A stretch of 64,000 bases of DNA from an uncultured Beijerinckiaceae bacterium. Its GTDB lineage: Bacteria > Pseudomonadota > Alphaproteobacteria > Rhizobiales > Beijerinckiaceae. The position numbers and the translations under genes were made by a program. The stretch covers positions 383 through 64,382 of the forward strand of contig CAXTMA010000001.1 of the NCBI GenBank assembly GCA_964245015.1, in the 5' to 3' direction. Positions 51,824 to 60,870 of the stretch are shown here, piece by piece. The notes beneath the pieces are model-generated. The model was not told the origin of the DNA. It did not search any database and was given only the letters and a program-made list of their open reading frames with translations. Position 1 is the stretch's first letter, and each line of letters begins with the position of its first letter.

Positions 51824-52249
51824 TCACGACGTGAGTCGCCAGGGCTCCGCAGCGTGGGGCTCCACCGAACGATGCTGCGGCGAAGCGGACTCGGGCGACG
51901 TCGTTGATGCAGGGACCTTCGCGACCCTCGGCCGCCGCGGCAATCGGCGAAAGGTCATCGCCCAGAAGGCGACGCCGGCCACGGCACCCGATGCCCCGAC
52001 TGCGGCGATGAAGGCGAGTTCGGTCGCCTGATCGCGAGGCGAGAAACCCCATACGATGAACGCCAGCAGGAACGGCGCCGTGGCCACCAGCGCGCCCACG
52101 GACGCGGACCCCATGAGGTCGACCCGGAAGTCGCGAACGAGCAGGTAGGCCGGTACGCCGAACACCAGGGCGATGGGATAAGCCCCGAAGGCGAGGCCCA
52201 GCGGGACGAAGACGACCGCCGCCACGTCGAAGGAGGGAGAGGCCGACAT
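51824..52249 (-). CDS. hypothetical small membrane protein
   Basis: MSASPSFDVAAVVFVPLGLAFGAYPIALVFGVPAYLLVRDF...ALVATAPFLLAFIVWGF...FIAAVGASGAVAGVAFWAM has about four hydrophobic helices. Alternative GTG starts at 52321 and 52324. The longer track ORF (to 53068) is antisense to the sigma-54 activator remnant. Confidence 0.4.
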   Translation of the reverse strand: MSASPSFDVAAVVFVPLGLAFGAYPIALVFGVPAYLLVRDFRVDLMGSASVGALVATAPFLLAFIVWGFSPRDQATELAFIAAVGASGAVAGVAFWAMTFRRLPRRPRVAKVPASTTSPESASPQHRSVEPHAAEPWRLTS

Positions 52250-52327
52250 CCGGTCCGCGATGGCGGCGATGAGGTCGAGCGCGAGGCAGCCGACCCCGGG
52301 CGCGACGAGGAAGGCGAGCACCACGGC

Positions 52328-52984
52328 GCTGACAAGGGCACGCTGTTCCTGGACGAGGTCGGCGAGATGCCGCTGCCGTTGCAGGTCAAGCTGCTGCGCT
52401 TCCTGCAGGAGGGGACCTTCGTGCAGGTCGGCGGCCGGGTGCAGCGGCGATCCGATGTCCGCGTGGTGGCGGCGACGCATCGCGACCTCGATGCCATGTT
52501 GCGGGACGGCTCGTTCCGCGAAGATCTGTTCTACCGCCTCCGCGGCATGATCCTGCGCACCCCGAGCCTTGCCGAGCGTCCCGCGGACGTGACGCTCCTC
52601 GCCGCCTGCTTCCTCCGACGAGGCTTTCCGAAAGCGAAACTGTCGGCGGACGCGTCCGCCTTCCTGGCGGAGCGGTCCTGGTCCGGCAACGTGCGCGAGT
52701 TGCGCACGGTGGTCGAAACCGCCGCCGCCATCGCCGAGAAGAATGTCGTCGATGCCGACACGCTGCGGTTCGCTTGCGGAGACGACCGCGCCGTCGCCTG
52801 CCCGCCGGCTGAGGGCGTGACGCTGGAGCAGGCCGTTCTCGCGCTGGAAGCGCGGATGCTGAGCCGGGCGCTCGACGACACCGGCGGCAACCAGTCGGAG
52901 GCGGCGCGGCGGCTCGGCCTGTCGAGGGGCGGCTTCATCAAGAAGCTGGGACGTTACGGGATGCGGCGGGGCGACGCCGGCTGA
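52328..52984 (+). pseudogene. 5'-truncated sigma-54-dependent transcriptional activator (only Walker B to Fis-type HTH retained)
   Basis: ADKGTLFLDEVGEMPLPLQVKLLRFLQEGTFVQVGG...VRVVAATHRDL...FREDLFYRL...WSGNVRELR...GGNQSEAARRLGLSRGGFIKKL. Walker A, GAFTGA and any N-terminal sensor or receiver are absent. Similarity stops abruptly at about 52328. Confidence 0.7.
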
Positions 52985-53296
52985 GCAGCCTGTCGCAAGC
53001 CCGCTCACATGTTGCATTCGAAGCAGATTTCGTTTTTGCGTCGTGCAATCGGGCGTAACGCATTCCATCTAAAGCAGTCGAGGATCGGCGGTCGAACACG
53101 CCAGTCGGCGCAGGCAGGCTCGATCCTCGTGTGCGAGGGGCGGGCAGGGCGGAACGGAAGCTTTGGTTCGTCCTGTGGGGTCGGGTTCGCTTGAAAAGCG
53201 CCGTGCACCTTCCCGTTCGATGTTCTAGGTTGTTTCCCATCCGTCGCCGCGCCGTTTCTGCCCCGGTCGCGTGATGAGACGTGTCGAAGCCGAGCC

Positions 53297-53506
53297 GTGA
53301 AAACCAACGATCCCTGCATTTCGGTCTGCCAGTTCGACGGGCGAACGGGATGGTGTCACGGCTGCGGCCGGACCATCCCCGAGATCCGTGCCTGGAAGAA
53401 GATGACGCCATTCCGGCGCACCGCGCTGGTACGCGAGCTGCCGCGACGCGTCCGACAGATCGCGTCCCAGAAGAGCAACGAAGCCGACGATGGCGGCGCT
53501 GCCTGA
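53297..53506 (+). CDS. DUF1289 domain protein (small Cys-rich, YdhL-like)
   Basis: 69 aa. DPCISVCQFDGRTGWCHGCGRTIPEIRAWKKM matches the DUF1289 CxxxC...CxGC pattern. Confidence 0.75.
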   Translation: MKTNDPCISVCQFDGRTGWCHGCGRTIPEIRAWKKMTPFRRTALVRELPRRVRQIASQKSNEADDGGAA

Positions 53507-53635
53507 CGCCAAGCCGATCGATCGGCTGCTCCCGGCAAGAAACTTTCCGCATTCGGAACGAAAGATCTGAAGCTCTTGTCGCAGCCAAGCGACAACGTCG
53601 CCTCGCTCGCCTCAGGAAAACGCGAGGCGTTCTTC

Positions 53636-53747
53636 AGCGTCGGACCGAAAAGGGTGCAGCGGTTTTCGCACAAATCCGATGCCGCGCAACAATTCAGAGC
53701 ATCGCACCGGAGCCGATCTCCGGCCGGCTCTTCAGAGGTCCGACGAC
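53636..53747 (-). repeat. composite palindromic intergenic repeat, copy c (inverted orientation, degenerate)
   Basis: AGCGTCGGACCGAAAAGGGTGCAGCGGTTTTCGCACAAATCCGATGCCGCGCAACAATTCAGAGCATCGCACCGGAGCC...GGTCCGACGAC. Lies between the convergent DUF1289 gene and pal. Confidence 0.8.
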
Positions 53748-54031
53748 GTTCAGCCGCGCCCTGAGTTGCCGCAGTCGGCCGTTCGTGCCGACACCGCTGC
53801 CCGATTCGATGCGAGGTCGATGCTGGAAGCGCGGTGTCTGCGGTGTGGTGGCAGCGCCCTCGCGCACGCCCTCGAACTTCGTAGGTGGAGTTTCTCGCAA
53901 GAGCAGTGAACCGGACGGCGCGCGGCGGTTTCGAACCTTTCGGTGCGCCTCGGCGAGTCGGAGCAGCACGATGACAGCTCACGCGACGGAGGCCGTTGTC
54001 ACCATCGGTCCATCGCCGGCCCGCGGCAGGG

Positions 54032-54544
54032 TCAGCTCTGTTCTTCGCCGATCACCGTCACCGCCCGGCGGTTCTGCGACCAGCAGGAGATGTCGTTGCA
54101 CACCGCCACCGGCCGCTCCTTGCCGTAGGAGGTCGTGCGGATGCGCGAGCCCGCGATTCCGCGGGTGACGAGGTACTGCTTGGTGTTCTCCGCCCGGCGG
54201 GCGCTGAGGCCGAAGTTGTATTCGCGGGTGCCGCGCTCGTCGGCGTGGCCTTCCACGGTGATGGCGCCACGGTCGTAGCGTTGCAGCCACGCGGCCTGCT
54301 TGTTGAGCGTTTCCTCGGCACGCGGGGTGAGGTCGGTCGAATCCGACTCGAAGAAGACGCGGTCGCCGACGTTCTGGGCGAAGTCCTGCGGGCTGCCGGG
54401 TACGGCGCCGGCGCTGGCGGTGAGATCTTCCGGCGTCTTGGAACAGGCGGCGAGACCGAACCCGCCGCCGAGCGCCACGGCCAGCACGGCGGTGCGCAGA
54501 CAGGTGCGGCGCAGCCGTGCGGCGGCAAATGCTTTGGAACTCAT
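54032..54544 (-). CDS. pal: peptidoglycan-associated lipoprotein (OmpA-family C-terminal domain)
   Basis: Start at MSSKAF (ATG 54544). Lipobox GLAACS. VGDRVFFESDSTDL, ITVEGHADERGTREYNFGLSARRA, YGKERPVAVCNDISCWSQNRRAVTV. Confidence 0.85.
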   Translation of the reverse strand: MSSKAFAAARLRRTCLRTAVLAVALGGGFGLAACSKTPEDLTASAGAVPGSPQDFAQNVGDRVFFESDSTDLTPRAEETLNKQAAWLQRYDRGAITVEGHADERGTREYNFGLSARRAENTKQYLVTRGIAGSRIRTTSYGKERPVAVCNDISCWSQNRRAVTVIGEEQS

Positions 54545-54875
54545 GATCCTAACCCCCGATCCTACGCAGCCCACCTCGCCTTCACGAGCCGTCACCGGTT
54601 GCTCTCGCTTCGCCGATCTTGGCCAGCCGATAAAGAAAGCCTTGATGGCCGCTTTACGGCGCAACACCGGCGTTCCCCGGCTTGAACCCGCCGTGTTGCC
54701 GCACTAGCACAGGTCGGCTACACCGTTTATGAGCAGATACCTGTACCGGCTGGTACGTGTACCGTGACCCGGCGGGACTGGCTCATCGGTCGAGGTTTGG
54801 TGGACGAGCTTCGGCCCTGTCTCCGGCATCTCGGGCGCGCGCAGCATGTTTCGATCGGTTGATCGAGGGAGCCCG

Positions 54876-57245
54876 ATGCACGGCGTCGAAAGCGAAGTCC
54901 AATCCTCGGAATCGGGCACCGGCACGCCCGATCGCGGCCTGCCGGCCCTTGCCTTCGGCACGGAGCGCCTCGGCCTCGTATCGTTGAAAGCGCCGCTGAT
55001 CGTCGGCCTCATCTTCGCGGCGGTGGCGATCTTCGCCGCTTTCGGCATCGGCAAGCTCACGGTTGACGACTCGCTCTCCCAGCTGTTCCGCTCCAACACG
55101 CCGCAGTTCCGCCAGTACGAGGCGGTGGTGAAGAACTTCCCGTCGAGCGAATACGACGTGCTGGTGGTGGTGACGGGCCAGAACCTGCTCGCCCGCGACA
55201 ACGTCCAGAAGATCCGCGACCTCGTCACCGACCTCCAGCTCGTCGAGGGAGAGCGATCGATCCTGTCGATGTTCTCGGCACGGCAGCCGCCCGAGGCCGG
55301 GCAGACCATCCCGCCGCCGCTCTTCCCCGAGCCGCTGCCGGAAGGCCCCGAGTACCAAGATGTCGTCGCCAAGGTGCGCGCCAACGAGCTGATCAACGGC
55401 AAGCTGATCTCGCCCGACGGCACCCTCGCCCTGATCGTGCTGGCGCTCAACCCGGAGGTCGCCAAGAGCAGCCGCTCCGGCCCGATCGTGAAGGAGATCC
55501 GCAAGGTGATGGCGGAGGACCTCGCCGGCTCCGACCTCAAGGCGGAACTGGCCGGCGTGCCGGTGATGCAGCTCGAAATCCACAATTCGGTGGAAAGCGA
55601 CCGCATCACCTACAACGCCATCGGCTTCGTTGCCGGTTGCCTCGTGGCCATCCTGTTCTTCAAGCGCGTGTCGTTCATGATCGTGGCGGCGGCGCCGCCC
55701 TTGGTGGCCATCCTGATCTCAGTGGGCGCGCTCGGCTGGCTCGACTTCCAGCTCAACATCTTCCTCAACGTGATGACGCCGCTCATCATGGTGATCTCGT
55801 TCTCGGACTCGATGCAGCTGACCTTCGCCATCCGCGACCGGCTCGTCGCCGGCAATTCGAAGGCGCAGGCGATCCGCGGCGCCATCGCGGTCGTCGGGCC
55901 GGCCTGCGTGCTGACCCACACCACCACCATGGTGTCGTTCGTGGCGCTGCTGTTTTCCGACAGCGACCTCATCAAGACCTTCGGCCAGGCCGGGCTGCTC
56001 ACCACCTTCATCGCGCTCGTCACCGTGCTGGTGCTGCTGCCGCTGCTCGCCGTCACCCTGATCCGCGGCGAAGCAAAGCTCGCCCGCTCCACCGCCGGCG
56101 CTGATACCGCGATCAACGCGCTGCGCACCTTCTGCGGCTGGATCGCCGAGCGCATGGTCGGCCGTCCCGGGCTCTACAGCCTCATCGGCATCGCCGTGGT
56201 GGTGGGCCTGTCGGTCATCTACTCGACCCTGCAGCCGCGCTACCGCCTCGCCGACCAGGTGCCCAACAACCAGCAGGCTACCACCGCCAACGGCACGCTC
56301 GACCGCAAGCTCACCGGCGCCAACCCGATCGACGTGCTGATCCAGTTCCCGCCGGGGCAGACGCTGTACTCGAGCGATACGCTCGCCACCATCGCGGCGG
56401 TGCAGCGCGTGACGGCAAGCGAGCCCGGCATCGGCAACGTGTTCTCGCTGCAAACGTTGCGCGACTGGCTGAGCCAGAAGCTCGGCCTCGAAGACATCGA
56501 GACTTTGAAGAAGTACGTCGGCTACCTGCCGGAGCCCCTCCTCCGCCGCTTCGTCGCCGCCGACAAGATGTCGGTGCTGGTGTCGGGCCGCATTCCCGAC
56601 AAGGATGCGAGCAAGCTGCTGCCCACCGTCGACGATCTCGACCACCGCCTCGACGCGGTGCGCGCCGAGCACAAGGGGTATGACATCGCCGTGACCGGCC
56701 TCGCCGTGATCGCATCGCGCAACTCGGCGGCGATGATCGACCGGCTGTCGCGCTTCCTGACGATCGAGATCGTCTTCGTCGCCGCCTTCATCGGCCTCGC
56801 CTTCCGCTCGTGGAAGGTGATGCTGCTGTCGATCATGCCGGGCATCTTCCCCATCGTCGCCTCGGGCGGCCTGCTTTGGGCGATGGGGGAAGGACTGCAG
56901 TTCGCCAGCGTGGTGGCGCTGACCGTGTCCTTCGGCCTGGGCCTGTCGGCCACCATCCACTTCCTCAACCGGCTGCGGCTGGAGGAGAAGCCCGGCGTCA
57001 ACGCGGCTCTGTCGGTGGAGCGGGCGACGATCCTGGTCGGGCCGGCGCTGATCCTGACCTCGGTGGTGCTGGCCTGCGGTCTGGCCGTGACCGCCTTCTC
57101 CAACCTGCCGATGCTGCGCCTGTTCGGCTGGCTGTCGGCCTTCGCGATGATGGCCGCGCTGGTCGCCGACCTCCTCATCCTGCGCCCGACCGCGATGTAT
57201 CTCTACAGCCTGCCGCACGGCTTGCGCCGGCACCCGGCGGAATAG
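54876..57245 (+). CDS. MMPL/RND-superfamily exporter (12 TM, two large periplasmic loops)
   Basis: ATG 54876 preceded by GAGGGAG (track ORF starts at 54846). Internally duplicated 1+5 TM architecture with sterol-sensing-like blocks (LNVMTPLIMVISFSDSMQL; ALTVSFGLGLSATIHFLNR). Confidence 0.85.
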   Translation: MHGVESEVQSSESGTGTPDRGLPALAFGTERLGLVSLKAPLIVGLIFAAVAIFAAFGIGKLTVDDSLSQLFRSNTPQFRQYEAVVKNFPSSEYDVLVVVTGQNLLARDNVQKIRDLVTDLQLVEGERSILSMFSARQPPEAGQTIPPPLFPEPLPEGPEYQDVVAKVRANELINGKLISPDGTLALIVLALNPEVAKSSRSGPIVKEIRKVMAEDLAGSDLKAELAGVPVMQLEIHNSVESDRITYNAIGFVAGCLVAILFFKRVSFMIVAAAPPLVAILISVGALGWLDFQLNIFLNVMTPLIMVISFSDSMQLTFAIRDRLVAGNSKAQAIRGAIAVVGPACVLTHTTTMVSFVALLFSDSDLIKTFGQAGLLTTFIALVTVLVLLPLLAVTLIRGEAKLARSTAGADTAINALRTFCGWIAERMVGRPGLYSLIGIAVVVGLSVIYSTLQPRYRLADQVPNNQQATTANGTLDRKLTGANPIDVLIQFPPGQTLYSSDTLATIAAVQRVTASEPGIGNVFSLQTLRDWLSQKLGLEDIETLKKYVGYLPEPLLRRFVAADKMSVLVSGRIPDKDASKLLPTVDDLDHRLDAVRAEHKGYDIAVTGLAVIASRNSAAMIDRLSRFLTIEIVFVAAFIGLAFRSWKVMLLSIMPGIFPIVASGGLLWAMGEGLQFASVVALTVSFGLGLSATIHFLNRLRLEEKPGVNAALSVERATILVGPALILTSVVLACGLAVTAFSNLPMLRLFGWLSAFAMMAALVADLLILRPTAMYLYSLPHGLRRHPAE

Positions 57246-57291
57246 GAACCGGCGACCCCGCCGTTCGCAAGGCTTGATGTCCCCGCAGGTT

Positions 57292-57774
57292 TCAGCGCGG
57301 TCGGCGCACCTTGGACGCCTTGCGGGCGGGCGCCCCAGTCCCGGCTTTCTTGACAGCGCCCTTGCTGACGGCCTTGATCGGGCCTTTGGCTTCGCTCTTG
57401 GCCGCCTTGCCCGCCGGTTCGCTCTTGCCCGACGGCTTGGCTCCGGCTGCACGACCTTTGCTGGCCGGAGCCGCCATGCCGACCCCCACCTTGTTGGCTG
57501 CAGGTTTGCCCGCCACCTCCTTGCGCGCCGCATTTCTGGCGGCGAGTTCGGCAGCCTCCTTTTCCCGCCGCTTCTTGGAGGGCGCGGACACGGCGGAATG
57601 GCTGATGACCTCGCCCTGCTGCCCTTCCAGGCTCGGGAGCGGCGGCATCGCCGGCTCGGCCGCAGTCGGTGGGACAGCGCCGGGCGAAGCGGGGGCGGAC
57701 GGACCCGAGGCAGGGGCTTGGGCGGCCGACTGGGCGAGAACAGGCGCCGACAGGATGAGCAGCGCCGATAGCAC
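57292..57774 (-). CDS. secreted Ala/Pro/Lys-rich low-complexity protein
   Basis: 160 aa. Signal-like LSALLILSAPVLAQSAAQA, a Pro/Ala-rich linker, then a Lys/Ala-rich basic tail (KKRREKEAAELAARNAARKEVAGKPAANK...). GTG start is uncertain. Confidence 0.5.
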   Translation of the reverse strand: MLSALLILSAPVLAQSAAQAPASGPSAPASPGAVPPTAAEPAMPPLPSLEGQQGEVISHSAVSAPSKKRREKEAAELAARNAARKEVAGKPAANKVGVGMAAPASKGRAAGAKPSGKSEPAGKAAKSEAKGPIKAVSKGAVKKAGTGAPARKASKVRRPR

Positions 57775-57816
57775 CGCTGAAACTCTAATCAGTATCGCGT
57801 CTCCCGTTGCAGGCGT

Positions 57817-58020
57817 CAGAGCCTCAGACCCTCATCGGGTCCGGTCGGATGCTCACACCTATTGTGCCGCATCGGAGTTATCCGAAGACCGCTGCGCACT
57901 TTTCGGTCCGATGCTCTAGAGCATCGGACCCTAAATCGGACCCGGTCCGATGCTCTAATTTGTTGTATCGCATCGGATTTGTCCGAAAACCGCTGCGCAC
58001 TTTTCGGTCCGATGCTCTAG
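57817..58020 (+). repeat. composite palindromic intergenic repeat, copy d: head-to-tail dimer of two ~100-bp units
   Basis: Unit 2: AGAGCATCGGACCC-taaatcg-GACCCGGTCCGATGCTCT aatttgttgtat CGCATCGGATTTGTCCGAAAACCGCTGCGCACTTTTCGGTCCGATGCTCTAG. Unit 1 has the same layout with substitutions. The terminal CTAG contains the glcF stop codon. Confidence 0.9.
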
Positions 58021-59318
58021 GCGCCGAGGTCGGCCCCGAGCGATGGCGGCTTCGGCCCGCCCGTCGCCCAGTCCACGAGCTGCACGGTGTGGACCACCGG
58101 CGTTCGCGTGCCGCTGGCGATCTGCACCATGCAGCCGATGTTGCCGGCGGCGATCACATCCGGCCGCGTCTTGGCGATGTTGGCGACCTTGCGCGTCTTG
58201 AGCTGGTTGGCGATGTCGGGCTGCAGCAGGTTGTAGGTGCCGGCCGAGCCGCAGCAGATGTGCCCTTCCGGCACGGCGACGACCTCATAGCCGGCCTTGC
58301 GCAGCACCGCGACCGGCGCCTGCGTCACCTTTTGCCCATGCTGCAGCGAGCAGGCCGAGTGATAGGCGACGCGCATCTTGGGTAAATGGGAGCGCGGCGT
58401 GATCGCCAGCTCGGCCAGGATCTCGCTGATGTCGCGGGTGAGGCCGGAAAGCTCGGCGGCATCGGTCGCCAGCTCGGGATCCTCGCGCATCATGAAGCCG
58501 TAGTCCTTGATGGTTGTGCCGCAGCCCGACGTGTTGATCACGAAATGGTCGAGGCCGCGCGCGCGCTTCTCCGCCATGAAGGCGCGCACGTTGGCGGCGG
58601 CGAAGGCGTGGGCGGCATCCTCCTGCCCCATGTGATGCTGCAGGGCGCCGCAGCATCCGATTCCCTTCAGCACCACGACCTCGATGCCGTGCCGGGTCAG
58701 CACGCGGAGGGTTGCCTCGTTGATCGCCGGGTCGAGCACGCGCTGCGCGCAGCCGGTCAGCAGCGCCACCCGCTTGACCCGCACGCCTTGCGCCGGGTGC
58801 ACCGCCGGCCGGTCGCTGGTGCCCCTGGCCGGAAGGCTCGCCGGCGCCATGCCAAACATTGCGTGGAAGCGCTTGGGGAACAGCCCCGCGAAGGGCTTGG
58901 CGAGGCGCGCCCCCTGCAGCGCCAGGCGAAACCGGCCGGGGTAGGGCAGAACCAACCCGAGCACCTGCCTCGTCAGCCGGTCCATCAGCGGACGCTTGTA
59001 GGTCTTCTGGATGTGGGCGCGGGCGTGGTCGACGAGGTGCATGTAGTTCACCCCCGACGGGCATGTCGTCAGGCACGACAGGCACGACAGGCAGCGGTCG
59101 ATGTGCTTGACCGTTTCCGCATCTGCGGGTCGGTCATTTTCCAGCATGTCCTTCATCAGGTAGATGCGGCCGCGCGGGCTGTCGTTCTCCTCGCCCAGCA
59201 GGAGAAACGTCGGGCAGGTCGCCGTGCAGAAGCCGCAGTGCACGCACTTGCGGATGATCTTCTCGCTCGAAGCGAAGGCCGGCCGTTCGAGGAGGTCGCT
59301 GCTGAAATCGGTTTGCAT
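58017..59318 (-). CDS. glcF: glycolate oxidase iron-sulfur subunit
   Basis: 433 aa. Two 4Fe-4S motifs (CVHCGFCTATCP, CLSCLSCLTTCP) and two CCG-type Cys-rich domains (GCCGALQ, CCGSAGTY). Confidence 0.9.
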   Translation of the reverse strand: MQTDFSSDLLERPAFASSEKIIRKCVHCGFCTATCPTFLLLGEENDSPRGRIYLMKDMLENDRPADAETVKHIDRCLSCLSCLTTCPSGVNYMHLVDHARAHIQKTYKRPLMDRLTRQVLGLVLPYPGRFRLALQGARLAKPFAGLFPKRFHAMFGMAPASLPARGTSDRPAVHPAQGVRVKRVALLTGCAQRVLDPAINEATLRVLTRHGIEVVVLKGIGCCGALQHHMGQEDAAHAFAAANVRAFMAEKRARGLDHFVINTSGCGTTIKDYGFMMREDPELATDAAELSGLTRDISEILAELAITPRSHLPKMRVAYHSACSLQHGQKVTQAPVAVLRKAGYEVVAVPEGHICCGSAGTYNLLQPDIANQLKTRKVANIAKTRPDVIAAGNIGCMVQIASGTRTPVVHTVQLVDWATGGPKPPSLGADLGA

Positions 59319-59333
59319 GCTCGCTCGCGGAGG

Positions 59334-60590
59334 TCAGGTGTGGGGGCCGAGACGGCCCCTGTTCAGGATGCCGAGGGGATCGAAGCTCGCCTTGACGCGT
59401 CGCGACAGGGCGGCGAGGGCGGCCGGCTGCGGGTGGAACACCGGAACTGTCGCGCGCACGCCTTCGGGCGCGCGCATCAGCGTCGCATGGCCGTCGAAGC
59501 GGGCGAGGACGGCGCGGATCGCCGTCGCGCCGGCATCGCCGCCGCCGTTCGCGGCTCGACCCGCCACTTGCTCAGCGACTTGCCCACCTGCTCCGCCGGC
59601 GTCATGCAACCCCAGCCAGACGAGGCCGCCGGCCCAATCGTAGTACCAGCGCGCCAGCGGCACGCCGGCGGCTTGGAGGGCGGACACCACCTCGGCACCC
59701 TGCGTGGGCGCCACGGAAATCTTCCACACCGGCCCGGTCGCCACCGCCACCGGCTCGGCGTCGCGCACGGCCGCCCAGAACAGCCGCGAAGCGCGCTCGT
59801 CCAGATCGCCGATCCGGCCACGTCCCCCGAAGGTGGCGGCCAGCTCCTCGAAACGCTTGTTCACCGACACCGCCGGCCCTTCCAGCCGCAGGGCGACGCA
59901 GCAGCCCGGCTCCAGCCCGGCCCAGGTTCCGTCGGGGAGGCAGGCGAAGCTCGACATCTCATAGGGCAGGCCGGACGCCTCGTTCAGCGCCGCCACGGCC
60001 TGCCGCTCATCGAGGCCGTGAAGCAGCACCGTGCGCTCCGTGTCCGCCCTGGGCAGTACCTTGAGCGTCACGGCGGTGAGCACGGCCAGCGTGCCGTGGG
60101 AGCCTGCGATCAACTTGGACAGATCGTAGCCGGTGACGTTCTTCATCACCTGTCCGCCGGACTTGAAGATGTCGCCGCGCCCGCTCACCGCCCGAAAGCC
60201 GAGGAGGTGGTCGCGGGCCGCTCCGGCCTTGATGCGGCGCGGGCCGCCGGCGTTGACCGCCACGGTGCCGCCCAGCGTGCCGATCGAGTTGCCCGGCCAC
60301 AGCTTGGACGGATCCATCGGCTCGAAGGCTAGCTCCTGGTTGTGTTCGTCGAGCAGCTTGGCGATGTCGGCCAGCGGCGTGCCCGGCCGCGCGGTCATCA
60401 CCAGCTCGGCAGGCTCGTACAGGGTGACGCCGGTAAGACCGCTGACGTCGATCTGCCGTTGTGCCTCCACCGGCCGACCGAGCCCGCGCTTCGAGCCGTG
60501 GCCGAGCACCTCCACGGGCAGCTCGTCGTCGCGCGCCGCCTGCACGGCGGCCAGCACCTCGTCCTCGTCGCGCGGCTTCACGATCTCCAT
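59334..60590 (-). CDS. glcE: glycolate oxidase FAD-binding subunit
   Basis: Start at MEIVKPRDEDEVLAAVQAARDDELPVEVLGHGSKRGLG. FAD-binding PCMH-type domain (GGTVAVNAGGPRRIKAGAARDHLLG, KNVTGYDLSKL). Directly upstream of glcF. Confidence 0.85.
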   Translation of the reverse strand: MEIVKPRDEDEVLAAVQAARDDELPVEVLGHGSKRGLGRPVEAQRQIDVSGLTGVTLYEPAELVMTARPGTPLADIAKLLDEHNQELAFEPMDPSKLWPGNSIGTLGGTVAVNAGGPRRIKAGAARDHLLGFRAVSGRGDIFKSGGQVMKNVTGYDLSKLIAGSHGTLAVLTAVTLKVLPRADTERTVLLHGLDERQAVAALNEASGLPYEMSSFACLPDGTWAGLEPGCCVALRLEGPAVSVNKRFEELAATFGGRGRIGDLDERASRLFWAAVRDAEPVAVATGPVWKISVAPTQGAEVVSALQAAGVPLARWYYDWAGGLVWLGLHDAGGAGGQVAEQVAGRAANGGGDAGATAIRAVLARFDGHATLMRAPEGVRATVPVFHPQPAALAALSRRVKASFDPLGILNRGRLGPHT

Positions 60591-60760
60591 CGCGATCAGT
60601 GACCGCGGCTGCGCAACGAAAGCAAGTCGGGTCTTGGACGCATCGCCGGTGCTTACCAAAGCTTAGTCGCGCTCGCACTCCGTCAAATGGGGCTTTCCCC
60701 TCCATTGCAATGCCGCAGCCGGCCGCACCCTGGTTGCCTGCTTGAAGGATCGGCCGCTCA

Positions 60761-60836
60761 AGAGCATCGGATTAATCCGATGCGGCACAATAAGTCAGAG
60801 CATCGGACCGGACCCCTTTGAGGGTCCGATGCTCTG
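60761..60836 (-). repeat. composite palindromic intergenic repeat, copy e (internal-deletion variant)
   Basis: AGAGCATCGGATTAATCCGATGCGGCACAATAAGTCAGAGCATCGGACCGGACCCCTTTGAGGGTCCGATGCTCTG. The CCGAAAA...TTTTCGG inner hairpin is missing. Lies between divergent glcE and the pfkB pseudogene. Confidence 0.85.
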
Positions 60837-60870
60837 ACGGCATGCTCGCCGGCACGGGGGAGGGTGGTGA

